Source of the DNA: an uncultured delta proteobacterium
Lineage (GTDB): Bacteria; Desulfobacterota; Binatia; UBA9968
Reading direction: 5' to 3'
Assembly (NCBI GenBank): GCA_963737905.1
Contig: CAVTUQ010000007.1
Span: forward strand, 96,001 to 160,000
Length of the DNA stretch: 64,000 nt
The position numbers and the translations under genes are program-made. This document shows, in pieces, positions 1 through 9,212 of this stretch (positions within the stretch are counted from its first letter, which is position 1; every line of letters begins with the position of its first letter). The notes beneath the pieces were generated by a model. It ran no database searches, was not told the DNA's origin, and saw nothing but the letters and a program-made list of their open reading frames with translations.

Positions 1-180
1 GCCGTCATCGGTTAGAACAGGAACTTTTCCGTAAGGATTGAGCTTGAGGTACTCGGGCGTTTTTTGTTCCTGTTTCCGCAGGTCAATGGGCACGATTTCG
101 TAGGGTAGATTTTTTTCCGCCAGGACGATCTTTACGCGCTGGCAATTGGGCGAGGACTTGAAGTCATAAAGCTTGATCAT
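1..180 (-). CDS. Glutathione S-transferase family protein (N-terminal part, runs off window)
   Basis: Manual translation from ATG at 180: MIKLYDFKSSPNCQRVKIVLAEKNLPYE...EYLKLNPYGKVPVL, a typical GST N-domain (SP-x-C, NP-x-GKVP); AGGAG RBS upstream. Confidence 0.9.
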   Translation of the reverse strand, partial: MIKLYDFKSSPNCQRVKIVLAEKNLPYEIVPIDLRKQEQKTPEYLKLNPYGKVPVLTDDG

Positions 181-343
181 TCTTCGTCTCCTTTCTGAAT
201 CGATATCGAAATTCGGCAATCGCTCACCAGAAACCTTATACTAGGATTCACCGCAAAGGAAAAGCGCTCGACGCGGTGAAAGTGACTTGATCTAGTGTCG
301 GTTTGGTGTTAAGCGGGTTACTCGTTTGGATTGAAAAATTACC

Positions 344-865
344 GTGACTGCAGAAGACGCCGCAAAAACCATTTTCAACGGCTTGAAGGAGGCCGGCATC
401 AATCTGATCGTCACTTTACCGGATATTAATCTGGCACAGCTGCTTCATGAAGTTGAAGCGGATCGGGATGTCATGCACGTTCCGCTGTGCCGCGAGGAGG
501 AGGGGATCGGTATCTGCGCCGGCGCTTATTTAGTCGGAAAGAAATGCGCCGCGATTATGCAGAACGGGGGGTTCTTCAACAGCAATAACGCCATTGTAAC
601 GACGTTGTTGCAGTACCAGATCCCGCTATTACTTCTCATTTACTATGCCGGTGACATAGGTGATCGCACGTTCAGTACTTCCGGCCGCCTGACGGAGCCC
701 GTGCTCCAGGCGTTGGGGATTCGGCATTACGTCATGCGAGAACCCGGTGATGCTCCCGAGTTAATTAAACGAGCCCAGATTCTGGCTGAGGATTCCCGAT
801 GCCCTGTAGCCCTGCTATTGACGAAGGAAAGTCTCGGGCGTCGAACCTCCCTCAAGTCACTGTAG
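344..865 (+). CDS. TPP-dependent decarboxylase alpha subunit (sulfopyruvate decarboxylase ComD-like)
   Basis: LPD, REEEGIGICAGAYL and MQNGG motifs of the ComD / phosphonopyruvate decarboxylase N-domain. Confidence 0.85.
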   Translation: MTAEDAAKTIFNGLKEAGINLIVTLPDINLAQLLHEVEADRDVMHVPLCREEEGIGICAGAYLVGKKCAAIMQNGGFFNSNNAIVTTLLQYQIPLLLLIYYAGDIGDRTFSTSGRLTEPVLQALGIRHYVMREPGDAPELIKRAQILAEDSRCPVALLLTKESLGRRTSLKSL

Positions 866-906
866 AGCGCCGGCGCGATAAGCAGCGCTAATACACCGAA
901 CCACAG

Positions 907-1512
907 ATGAAAAGATTTGACTGTTTAAGAGCTATTGCTGAGAACGCCGCGAATGCTCTCGTCGTAACCTCCGCCGGAGCCGTCACGTTGGAGTGGAACG
1001 CGCTACGACCCAGCGACGGTAATTTTCGGGTGCGCACTTTGGGGCTTTGCTCCTCCATCGCTTTGGGCATGGCATTAGGCTTGCCGCGGCGGAAGGTTAT
1101 TGCTCTCGACGGCGATGGATCGTTGTTGATGAATTTGTGTTCGTTACCCACCCTCGCTCGTATGCGACCGAAGAACTTGGTTCACATTGTGTTCGACAAT
1201 GAGGTGTACGAGGCTTCGGGTAGTAAAAAAACGGCGACGTCGGCCGGTACGGATCTCGTTGGAATAGCTCGCGCCGCAGGGATTCGACAGGCGCTATGGG
1301 CGCATTCCCTGGATGACTTTGCCAAGGTCGCTTCGGACGCTATAAACGGTGATGAGCTTTTTTTCATCGGGGCCAAAGTGACGACGGACCGCACGGAAGT
1401 GCCGCCGTATCCGATGGATGAAGTCGAGAATAAGTATCGATTCATCAGGCATGTGGAAAAAACTGAAAAAATAGCGATTCTTAAAACCAACTTACCGGCC
1501 AGCTATAGTTAA
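907..1512 (+). CDS. TPP-dependent decarboxylase beta subunit (ComE-like)
   Basis: TPP-binding motif DGDGSLLMNL...DN; directly follows the alpha subunit. Confidence 0.85.
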   Translation: MKRFDCLRAIAENAANALVVTSAGAVTLEWNALRPSDGNFRVRTLGLCSSIALGMALGLPRRKVIALDGDGSLLMNLCSLPTLARMRPKNLVHIVFDNEVYEASGSKKTATSAGTDLVGIARAAGIRQALWAHSLDDFAKVASDAINGDELFFIGAKVTTDRTEVPPYPMDEVENKYRFIRHVEKTEKIAILKTNLPASYS

Positions 1513-1542
1513 CCTCTGCCTTAGGTCGACTCGGTGAGGTCC

Positions 1543-2574
1543 ATGAAGATTGATATTGAATTCAATTCCGGTGCTCAATTGCCCATGGATGCTATTCCGG
1601 AGCTCGCTCAGCTCGCGGAGAAGCATGGATTTGATTGCGCCTGGGGCGGCGAGGCAAACAATAAGGATCCCACGGTCATGCTTGCGGCCATCGCGGCTGT
1701 CACGACTCGGCTCAAGGTGGGTTCGGCGGTCTATCACATTCTGGGACGCACGCCTGCCACATTGGCACTCCAGGCAGCGGGCCTTGATGAGCTTTCGTCG
1801 GGGCGTTTTTTGCTGGGTATCGGTTCATCCAATCCGACGATCGCTAGCTGGCACGGGCAAACCCTCGATCACCCATTGGGCCGAGTTGAGGAATATCTGG
1901 AAATCGTTCGCGCCGCGATGCGCGGTGACAAAGTTAATTTTGATGGCAAGTTTTTTTCAGCCCGTAGCTTCAAAATGGCTTTTCTTCCCTCAGGGCGCAG
2001 CATTCCAATCTATCTGGCGGCGTTCGGCCCCAAAATGACCCGATTGGCTGGTAGAGTGACCGATGGTGTCTTGATAAACATGGCCAATCCGATGGAAGTA
2101 AGTCGAATTGTCGAAGAGGTTAGACGCGGCGCCGAAGAGACAGGTAAAGATCCTTCGGCCATGGAGATCATATGCAAAATCCGTTGTTCTGTCGCTAACA
2201 GCTATGGGGCTGCCCGGGAAGCGCTGAGTCACGCGCTTACTTATTATGCTCTCGCAGATTACTACAGAGATTTATTGACGCGAATGGGTTTCGGCGAGGA
2301 AATTGAACGTATGCGAGCAGCTTGGAAGTCGGGTGGTTTTCATGCAGCGCGGAGATTGATCACGGACCGGCTTTTCGAAGGATTGCCTCTGGTCGCGGCA
2401 ATGTCAGCGGAAGAAATAGTAGAACAGATAAAACCTTACCAGCGGGCGGGAGCAACCAGGATTATTCTTCCCTACGTTGCCGCATCCGACGACGTCGTGA
2501 GCGAGATGAGACATTTCATTACTTGTTGGAGCTCGGTCGCGAGTGAATTGACCCCCGCGCGAAAAGGAGATTGA
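1543..2574 (+). CDS. LLM-class (luciferase-like) flavin/F420-dependent oxidoreductase
   Basis: AELAE..GFD..W, DELSSGRFLLGIG, IPIYLAAFGPKM...AGRVTDG; ATG 1543 follows GAGGT. Confidence 0.9.
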   Translation: MKIDIEFNSGAQLPMDAIPELAQLAEKHGFDCAWGGEANNKDPTVMLAAIAAVTTRLKVGSAVYHILGRTPATLALQAAGLDELSSGRFLLGIGSSNPTIASWHGQTLDHPLGRVEEYLEIVRAAMRGDKVNFDGKFFSARSFKMAFLPSGRSIPIYLAAFGPKMTRLAGRVTDGVLINMANPMEVSRIVEEVRRGAEETGKDPSAMEIICKIRCSVANSYGAAREALSHALTYYALADYYRDLLTRMGFGEEIERMRAAWKSGGFHAARRLITDRLFEGLPLVAAMSAEEIVEQIKPYQRAGATRIILPYVAASDDVVSEMRHFITCWSSVASELTPARKGD

Positions 2575-2578
2575 CTTA

Positions 2579-2980
2579 ATGCCGTTCGAGCTGTTGAACC
2601 CTAAAGAACTGGAACCTCCCGTGGGCTACGCGCATGTGGCCAAAGTGACCGGAGGAAATATCGTTTACGTCGCCGGCCAAGCGCCTTTTGATGACAAAGG
2701 GCAAGTCGTGGGCAAGGGGGACTTCGTCGCGCAGTTCGCCCAGGTCGTAAGGAATCTAAAGACGGCGGTAGAAGCAGCCGGCGGTAGCCCGGACCAATAC
2801 GCTGTTTTGACGATCTATATCACTGACCTGCAGGCCTATCTTAACAATAAGAAAGCGTTGGGTGGGGCCTATCAAGGGGTGTTCGGAAAATATTTTCCCG
2901 CGATTACACTGGTTCAGGTGGGGAGCCTCTATAACCCAGACTGTATGGTCGAAATCTCTGGTGTCGCTGTGATTGGCTGA
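2579..2980 (+). CDS. RidA/YjgF family protein
   Basis: GYAH, YVAGQ, FPAITLV.V..L...MVEI motifs. Confidence 0.9.
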   Translation: MPFELLNPKELEPPVGYAHVAKVTGGNIVYVAGQAPFDDKGQVVGKGDFVAQFAQVVRNLKTAVEAAGGSPDQYAVLTIYITDLQAYLNNKKALGGAYQGVFGKYFPAITLVQVGSLYNPDCMVEISGVAVIG

Positions 2981-3127
2981 ACAATCCTTCACTAAGTTGG
3001 TCTGATAGCCATTTCACGACATAAATTGTCATAAAACTTCGACGATCCGGACAATATTCGCCTAAAAAGCGGGCGTCTAGAAATGAGAGAAAGAGCTAAC
3101 CTACGCTTTTTCAAAGAGTTGTGAAGC

Positions 3128-3142
3128 TGGCATTTAGTTTGC
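3128..3142 (+). promoter_or_regulatory. Putative sigma-54 (-24/-12) promoter
   Basis: TGGCATTTAGTTTGC fits GG-N10-GC, about 40 nt upstream of ORF 3183; GACA-N5-TGTC dyad at 3018-3030 could be an activator site. Confidence 0.6.
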
Positions 3143-3182
3143 GTCTGGGTATTGCGCAATATCGTGATGAGGACGGTGGTAA

Positions 3183-3395
3183 ATGTTTATGCGATTTAAC
3201 CCGGTTCCAGCACTAGATAGAGAGCGCGATCAGGATATTTTCGAAAGTGTTACGGAGGAAGAGATAATTTACCTGTGGCGTTCCATAAAGGGCAAGGGGC
3301 TCTCGGAGGACGAAGCCTGGCAGGCTATAGTCACAGGCATCGCATTGGACATGGCGTTTGCGAAAACTAAGACCACGAAACAGCTCGAACACTAA
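3183..3395 (+). CDS. Small hypothetical protein (70 aa)
   Basis: Isolated ATG ORF with upstream GAGGA and sigma-54-like promoter; helical, acidic composition. Confidence 0.6.
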   Translation: MFMRFNPVPALDRERDQDIFESVTEEEIIYLWRSIKGKGLSEDEAWQAIVTGIALDMAFAKTKTTKQLEH

Positions 3396-3524
3396 TCCAG
3401 CAGCACAAAACTTTCCAGAATACGTTTCTGCCCATTACTTAAGTTTAATCTAGAGATCTTCCCTTACAAAAGTCGCCGCCGCGCATTTTCGCGTAGGTCA
3501 CCTCGGGAGAACCCCGCAGGCAAG

Positions 3525-4019
3525 TCAAGTCTGGGTTGCCTGTGGGTCCGCCACAGCAATTAGCTGTGTCAGCGATCGCCGGTGCATCTCGTGGATAGTT
3601 TTAAGCTCTCGGAGAAGGCCGGCGCCTTCGGGAACCTCCCGGGTGAGAGTAGACTCATATCGAGACAACAGGTCGTCCAGCGCCTTCTGGTCTTCTAGGT
3701 CGCGAATAAGCCGTTGCCAATGATTTTTGCCTGTAGCGGAAGGTTGCGACACTTCTGTGATCGATCCATGAACGTTTTCGATGATTTCTTTCAAGCGGTT
3801 GCCAATGGCGCGCTTCTCACTCGCAATTACGCGGAGGCGCTCCGCCACCTGAGGATAAGGTGCGAGTGCGGCGTGTGATTCAATTTGCTGCGCCAATTGT
3901 GAAATCCGCTGATGGATTAGTTGCAACACATCCACCGGTTCCTGGTATCGCGCGCCATTTTCGGTCATCCGTTCCGGTAGTAGCAATTCTTCCAGCTTTT
4001 TAAAAAAATAGGAAAGCAT
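3525..4019 (-). CDS. Hypothetical all-helical protein, possibly ferritin-like four-helix bundle
   Basis: Long amphipathic helices, E/H residues near C-terminus; start chosen at ATG 4019. Confidence 0.6.
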   Translation of the reverse strand: MLSYFFKKLEELLLPERMTENGARYQEPVDVLQLIHQRISQLAQQIESHAALAPYPQVAERLRVIASEKRAIGNRLKEIIENVHGSITEVSQPSATGKNHWQRLIRDLEDQKALDDLLSRYESTLTREVPEGAGLLRELKTIHEMHRRSLTQLIAVADPQATQT

Positions 4020-4151
4020 TATCGTAATCTCTCTGTTTGAGCGCAAGATAGGGTTACGGCTTCATCTTGTCAAGGTGATTCCGTTTGGGAGCAGGTTGAC
4101 TGGATAGAAAGAATCTGGTTCAATCAAGTAAAAATTCTGCAGGAGATCCGG

Positions 4152-4346
4152 ATGTCGCGTATTACTGTTGAAGATTGTCTGAACCAAGTCCCCAGCCGTT
4201 TCGAGCTTGTGATGCTCGCCTCGAAGAGAGCAAGGCAGCTCTTCAAGGGGGCGAAGCCGCTCGTAGAGTCTGATAATCGTGAGGTTGTGGTTGCCCTGCG
4301 TGAGATAGCCGCCGCGAAAGTAAAGCGGAAACCGCAGGAATCCTAA
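4152..4346 (+). CDS. rpoZ: RNA polymerase omega subunit
   Basis: [10 protein letters not shown]...[16 protein letters not shown]...VVALREIA. Confidence 0.97.
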   Translation: MSRITVEDCLNQVPSRFELVMLASKRARQLFKGAKPLVESDNREVVVALREIAAAKVKRKPQES

Positions 4347-4485
4347 CCCGCTTTGTCCGCTCTCCTTTTTTCAAGAACCCGCACAACTGACTGTTTTTGC
4401 TAACGAGTTTTTCGTGGAGGCTGCTTGAAAACCTCCCGACAAACTTGTAGGTCTATTGATTGACGGTGAAGAGTTGGCCGTCGCT

Positions 4486-5448
4486 ATGTCCGAAGACGAA
4501 AAAGCAACGCTCAACGATATTCCTTTTCCTGAGATCGACTTCCCAAAAGAAGTCATCGATAGCGAAGAAGGTGGCGACGCAGACAAGGCGCTTGTCACTT
4601 TTGATCCCCTTCAACGATATCTCGCCGAAATTCGCCGATTCCCTTTACTCACTCGTGAAGAGGAGCACCGGCTTGCGGTTGACTATAAAGAGTACGGTAA
4701 TGTCGAGGCGGCCTATAAGCTGGTTACGGCTAATCTTCGTCTGGTTGTAATGATTGCGCGCGAGTACCAGAAAGCGTTTAAGAATTTGCTCGATCTAATC
4801 CAAGAAGGCAATATGGGGTTGATGGAGGCCGTAAAAAACTTTGATCCGTATCGTGGCGTACGGTTTCCTTCCTATGCAGTCTGGTGGATCCGGGCTTATA
4901 TGATTCGTCATATTATGAATGACTGGCGCATGGTGAAGATCGGTACGACCCAGGCGCAGCGAAAGCTTTTCTTCAATTTGCAGAAGGAAAAGGAAAAAAT
5001 TGAAGCGGAGGGCTTAACGCCTGGTCCGAAACTCCTGGCGCAGCGACTGAATGTTAAAGAAGATGAGGTCGTGGAAATGGAACAGCGGCTTGCCAGCCGT
5101 GACTTATCGGTTGATATGCCGATGGGTGATGATGAAGAGGCAACCTTGCTGCATTTCCTTCCGGATCAAAAGGAGTCGCCGGAAGAGCAAATCGCCGAAA
5201 CCCAATACCAAAGGCTGCTGCGCGAGAAGATGGAACAGTTCGCAGGGACACTCAAGGACAAAGAGCTGGTCATTTTTAGAGAACGCCTTCTTAACGAAGA
5301 GCCCTTGACCCTCAGAGAGATTGGCGAAAAATACGACATCAGCCGGGAAAGGGTTCGGCAGATTGAAGAGCGCGTCAAGCGGAAATTGAAAGCTTTTTTG
5401 AGCAAAGAGCTGAAGGATGTGAGAAGCCCGAGAACTGGAACCGGGTAG
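4486..5448 (+). CDS. rpoH: RNA polymerase sigma-32 family factor
   Basis: Sigma-70 regions 1.2-4 (DLIQEGN.GLM.AV..FDP, SRERVRQIE) plus RpoH box QRKLFFNL; start could be 4456. Confidence 0.9.
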   Translation: MSEDEKATLNDIPFPEIDFPKEVIDSEEGGDADKALVTFDPLQRYLAEIRRFPLLTREEEHRLAVDYKEYGNVEAAYKLVTANLRLVVMIAREYQKAFKNLLDLIQEGNMGLMEAVKNFDPYRGVRFPSYAVWWIRAYMIRHIMNDWRMVKIGTTQAQRKLFFNLQKEKEKIEAEGLTPGPKLLAQRLNVKEDEVVEMEQRLASRDLSVDMPMGDDEEATLLHFLPDQKESPEEQIAETQYQRLLREKMEQFAGTLKDKELVIFRERLLNEEPLTLREIGEKYDISRERVRQIEERVKRKLKAFLSKELKDVRSPRTGTG

Positions 5449-5625
5449 TGTTTCATGGTTTTTATTTGCTGCTGACGTTTATTTATTCACCGTAGCTCCG
5501 GAACGGTCGAAAAAACGCATTTTCATCTTCGCGGCTCGACGCAGGGAGTGTAAAACGCTTACCTAGTGTTGCGAGTTTCAACGACTTCTGATAGCAAAAA
5601 TAATTGCATCTGAGGGGGAAATTCT

Positions 5626-6078
5626 TTGGAGTTTGAAAAAGAAGTGGAGATCCTGGCCCCTAGGCAAAAGGTATGGGATTTTATCTGGGATGTGGATCGA
5701 TTCATCGCCTGTGTTCCAGGGTGCAAGGAAGCGAAAACCCTAGAAGCGGGTAAGCTCTATTCCGCAACTATGATCGAGAAGGTGGGACCCTTTCGTGTGG
5801 AGTTTCCAACCACCATTGAAGTTCTTGAACGGGAAGAGTTGACTTGGATCAAAGCGCGGGCCTCGGGAGCGGATAATAAAATTGGCAGCCGCATGAAGTT
5901 GTCCCTCGATGTGAAGTTACGGGAAGAAGGGGAAAAGACCGTGCTGGGTTTTGTCGCGGGCGTTGACATTTTAGGCAAGCTGGCGGCTTTAGGGCATGGC
6001 ATCATTAAGAGAAAGGCGGATCAGGTGTTGGACGAATTTGCCCAGGCCGTCAAGAAGCGATTGGAAGGAGATTCCTAG
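5626..6078 (+). CDS. coxG: CoxG / SRPBCC family protein
   Basis: APRQKVW...CVPGC...KVGP...GKLA.LG pattern; TTG start; upstream of FAD and 2Fe-2S subunits. Confidence 0.85.
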   Translation: MEFEKEVEILAPRQKVWDFIWDVDRFIACVPGCKEAKTLEAGKLYSATMIEKVGPFRVEFPTTIEVLEREELTWIKARASGADNKIGSRMKLSLDVKLREEGEKTVLGFVAGVDILGKLAALGHGIIKRKADQVLDEFAQAVKKRLEGDS

Positions 6079-6079
6079 G

Positions 6080-6943
6080 ATGCTGCGACCGTTTCGCCTG
6101 GAGGCGCCGGAAAGCATAAAGGAGGTCTCCGAATTGCTGGGCCGGTTTGGAGAATCGGCCAAGATCTATGCCGGAGGAACGGAGCTGCTCTTGGCGATGA
6201 AGGAGGGTTTGGTACACTACGAGCGTTTGATAAACGTCAAAAATGTGAAGGGTCTGAACGAAGTCACATCAGACAACGGAATTGTACGCATCGGCGCCCT
6301 TTGCACGCATCATCAATTGGAAACCTCGCCGGTATTACAGCAGAAACTTGCGGCGTTGATGCAATTGGAACAAAACGTCGCCAATGTTCGAGTTCGACAG
6401 GTTGGAACACTCGGTGGCAATCTTTGTTTCGCCGAGCCCCATGCCGATCCGGGAATACTGTTGCTCGCCCTCGGAGCCAGGATGGCTGCGGAGAGAGCCG
6501 GTGTGACGCGCGAAATGACGGCAGAGGAATTTTTTGTCGATGCGTATGAGACATGCTTGGAGGCGGATGAAGTGCTGACAGAGATTCGGGTGCCGGTGCC
6601 ACCAGACAAATCCGGTGTCGCCTACCTTAAGTTTGGCTATCTGGAAAGACCCAGCGTCGGAGTTGCCCTTGCGTTGCGTGTTGATGGGAATGGAAAGTCC
6701 ATTCACGGTGCAACGATTGCCGTGGGTTGCGCGGGTCCTGCACCTAAACGGGTGCCGGAAGCCGAGGAGCAGATCAAGGGAAAAAGTGTCGACGAGGCTA
6801 AAGTGAATATCTTGAAGGCCGGCGAAATCGCTGGGCGCGCCGCGCAAGCTATCAGTGATCTCCACGGCTCTCAGGAATACAAAGAGCATATCGTTGGAGT
6901 GTTGCTCAAACGCGCGTTTCAGAAGGCTTTAAGCCAGTGTTGA
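6080..6943 (+). CDS. Xanthine dehydrogenase/CO dehydrogenase family FAD-binding (medium) subunit
   Basis: AGGTEL, GTLGGNLCFAEPHAD, SDLHGSQEYK; true start ATG 6080. Confidence 0.92.
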   Translation: MLRPFRLEAPESIKEVSELLGRFGESAKIYAGGTELLLAMKEGLVHYERLINVKNVKGLNEVTSDNGIVRIGALCTHHQLETSPVLQQKLAALMQLEQNVANVRVRQVGTLGGNLCFAEPHADPGILLLALGARMAAERAGVTREMTAEEFFVDAYETCLEADEVLTEIRVPVPPDKSGVAYLKFGYLERPSVGVALALRVDGNGKSIHGATIAVGCAGPAPKRVPEAEEQIKGKSVDEAKVNILKAGEIAGRAAQAISDLHGSQEYKEHIVGVLLKRAFQKALSQC

Positions 6944-6971
6944 GGGAGCGGTCCAAGGGCAGGGAGGATTG

Positions 6972-7484
6972 ATGTCCAAGGCAATGTCGAGACGTGCAGA
7001 TGCGCAAACCATTCCGATCTCGTTTACACTGAACGGACGGCACCAGGATCTCACGGTAGAGCCTCACGACCTATTGCTGGATGTTGTGCGGGAGCGTTTG
7101 GGCTTGACCGGTGCGAAGCGTTCTTGTGATGTCGAAGTGTGCGGCGCCTGCACGTTGTTGGTGGACGGGCGTCCCGTGAGCGCTTGTACGACCTTAGCGT
7201 TCGAGGTTAGAGATCGTTCGGTGATGACCATCGAAGGCTTGGCCGATAATGGCAAGCTCCATCCTTTGCAGGAAGCTTTCATTGAACACGGTGGATTTCA
7301 GTGTGGATTTTGCACGCCGGGAATGATTCTCGCGGCCAAAGCCTTGCTGGACGAGAACCCCAATCCGACGGAGGACGAATTAAAGCATTTTATGCACGGC
7401 AACATCTGTCGCTGTACCGGCTACAAGAAGATCATCGAGTCGATCATGGCCGCGGCAAAGCTTATGCGCGAAAATCGCACATAA
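6972..7484 (+). CDS. Xanthine dehydrogenase family 2Fe-2S (small) subunit
   Basis: C-x4-CGAC, QCGFCTPG and GNICRCTGY cysteine motifs. Confidence 0.95.
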   Translation: MSKAMSRRADAQTIPISFTLNGRHQDLTVEPHDLLLDVVRERLGLTGAKRSCDVEVCGACTLLVDGRPVSACTTLAFEVRDRSVMTIEGLADNGKLHPLQEAFIEHGGFQCGFCTPGMILAAKALLDENPNPTEDELKHFMHGNICRCTGYKKIIESIMAAAKLMRENRT

Positions 7485-7584
7485 CCGTTCAAGTAGTTTC
7501 AGTCGTTCAAAATGTTCAAAACGTCGGAACTATGACCTTCAACTACGGCTTGAACTTTTTGAACGGCTTGAACGGTTTGAACCC
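7485..7584. repeat. Inverted array of 9-bp-period GTTCAA / TTGAAC units between convergent genes
   Basis: Left arm ccGTTCAAg tagtttcag tcGTTCAAa atGTTCAAa; right arm TTGAACttt TTGAACggc TTGAACggt TTGAACcc. Confidence 0.8.
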
Positions 7585-9006
7585 TTAGTCTTCGATCCCA
7601 TACTCCTTCCATCTGCTCGCAACAAGATCCAAATGCTCCTGCGGCGGCAACGACACCGCCGGATATTGGTGTTTTCTGGTAGCGTCGATGCCGATGCGGC
7701 AGCCAACGTTCCGGCTCGGATCATGCTGCAGCACACCGGCAGGCGCCTGGGACGGATCAAGGCCCACGGCCTGAACATCGCGTTCAATATAGATGTCTTT
7801 GTCGGGTCGTACGCGCCAGCTAAGCGCCCAATCCACCGCAAAGTCATCCCAGACATCGATATCGTCATCGACCACGACAGTGATCTTGCCAAAACCCGTG
7901 CGCAGCGACCAGGCGCCGTACATGAGCTGGCGTACCTGGCCAACGAACTGTTTTTTTAGGGAGATCACTAGAAACGCGCCACTGCCGCCGGCTTCCTTCA
8001 GGCGCAGATCTTTGATCGGAATATGCAGTGTGTCTCTTAAATGTTTGAACAGCGGCCACTCACGGCCGATGCCGCGAATACAGCTCGATTCCGACGGCGG
8101 CATCTGGCTGATGAACGCTTGATACAGGGGCTTGTTGCGAAATGTCATGCACTTGATGTTGAAGAACGGCTCATTGCCCGCCGGACCCATATAGCCGGTG
8201 TACTCGCCGAAAGGGCCTTCCGGTTCGACGGCGTTGGGTGGAATTTCCCCTTCGAGAACGATTTCCGCGGTTGCCGGTACTTCCAACGGCACGGTTTCGC
8301 AAGGCACAAGATCGACGGGCTCGCCGCGCAGTGCGCCGGCAACGGCGAATTCGTCCAGCGCCTCCGACATCTTTGATACGGACACGTAGCCGATGGACGG
8401 ATCGGCTCCGATCACCACGGCGAGCGGCGTGGGTTTGTTCTGCGCGTTGTTCTTGCGAATATGCAACGCTGCGTCTTGACGAATACCGATCAACAGCCCG
8501 GTCTTATTCGGGCCCTTGACCTGCATCCGATAAGTACCGACGTTGCGCACGCCGGTTTCAGGATCTTTGGTAATGAGGTAAGGCGAAGTAAAGAACGGCG
8601 CTGGATCTTCGCCCACCGTCCACGTCGGGATCGGCAGTTTGGTGATATCGACGTCTTTGCCGTGCAGAGTGTTTTCCTTGCAAGGCGCTTGTTTAACCAA
8701 CCGCGGTGGAATTGGATTGCTCAACGCATAATCCCACTTGCGGTTGATGCCTTCGACCGTTTCCGTTTGCAGGCCGAGGGCATATATTTCCCGCGAAGCG
8801 CCGAGCACGCCGGCGACCACGGGGATGTTGAACCCTTTGACGTTTTCAAACATCACTGCCGGTCGTTTGGACGGTGGAATCTTTTTGAACACCTGCCGGC
8901 AGACTGCGGCGATTTCCCAGTCCTTGTCAACTTCCTTGGTTACGCGCTTGAGCTTTCCGTGTTTCTCAAGGGTAGCGACGTATTCTCGTAGATCGCGATA
9001 AGCCAT
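7585..9006 (-). CDS. UbiD family (prFMN-dependent) decarboxylase
   Basis: DLR.Y, RNVGTYR.Q, EGPFGEYTGY, VVDDDIDV, LDPS motifs. Confidence 0.95.
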   Translation of the reverse strand: MAYRDLREYVATLEKHGKLKRVTKEVDKDWEIAAVCRQVFKKIPPSKRPAVMFENVKGFNIPVVAGVLGASREIYALGLQTETVEGINRKWDYALSNPIPPRLVKQAPCKENTLHGKDVDITKLPIPTWTVGEDPAPFFTSPYLITKDPETGVRNVGTYRMQVKGPNKTGLLIGIRQDAALHIRKNNAQNKPTPLAVVIGADPSIGYVSVSKMSEALDEFAVAGALRGEPVDLVPCETVPLEVPATAEIVLEGEIPPNAVEPEGPFGEYTGYMGPAGNEPFFNIKCMTFRNKPLYQAFISQMPPSESSCIRGIGREWPLFKHLRDTLHIPIKDLRLKEAGGSGAFLVISLKKQFVGQVRQLMYGAWSLRTGFGKITVVVDDDIDVWDDFAVDWALSWRVRPDKDIYIERDVQAVGLDPSQAPAGVLQHDPSRNVGCRIGIDATRKHQYPAVSLPPQEHLDLVASRWKEYGIED

Positions 9007-9212
9007 GAATCCTCCTGGAAGGGGGGCGAGAAGTTTTTTCGTATACTAGTCACAAATCGTTTATATATCAACAATCACAATTGAAATTATCTCGGTAGAC
9101 ATGCTCATGCGAGCAATAACGTTATCGGACCGAGAAGCTTGAACGCGACCGTTTGAAAATACCGAGGAAGACTGAACGGGACGATTAAAAGTGAAATGGC
9201 GGCGTGGGAATA

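Noticed and set aside
5996-6079. N-terminal extension of the FAD subunit in the ORF track (likewise extensions to 11335, 29423, 32622, 41671, 60583)
   Set aside because: They overlap neighbouring genes or lack an RBS; downstream starts fit the family N-termini better.
7485-7584. Possible CRISPR array
   Set aside because: Units are 9 bp, inverted, without spacers; no cas genes in the window.
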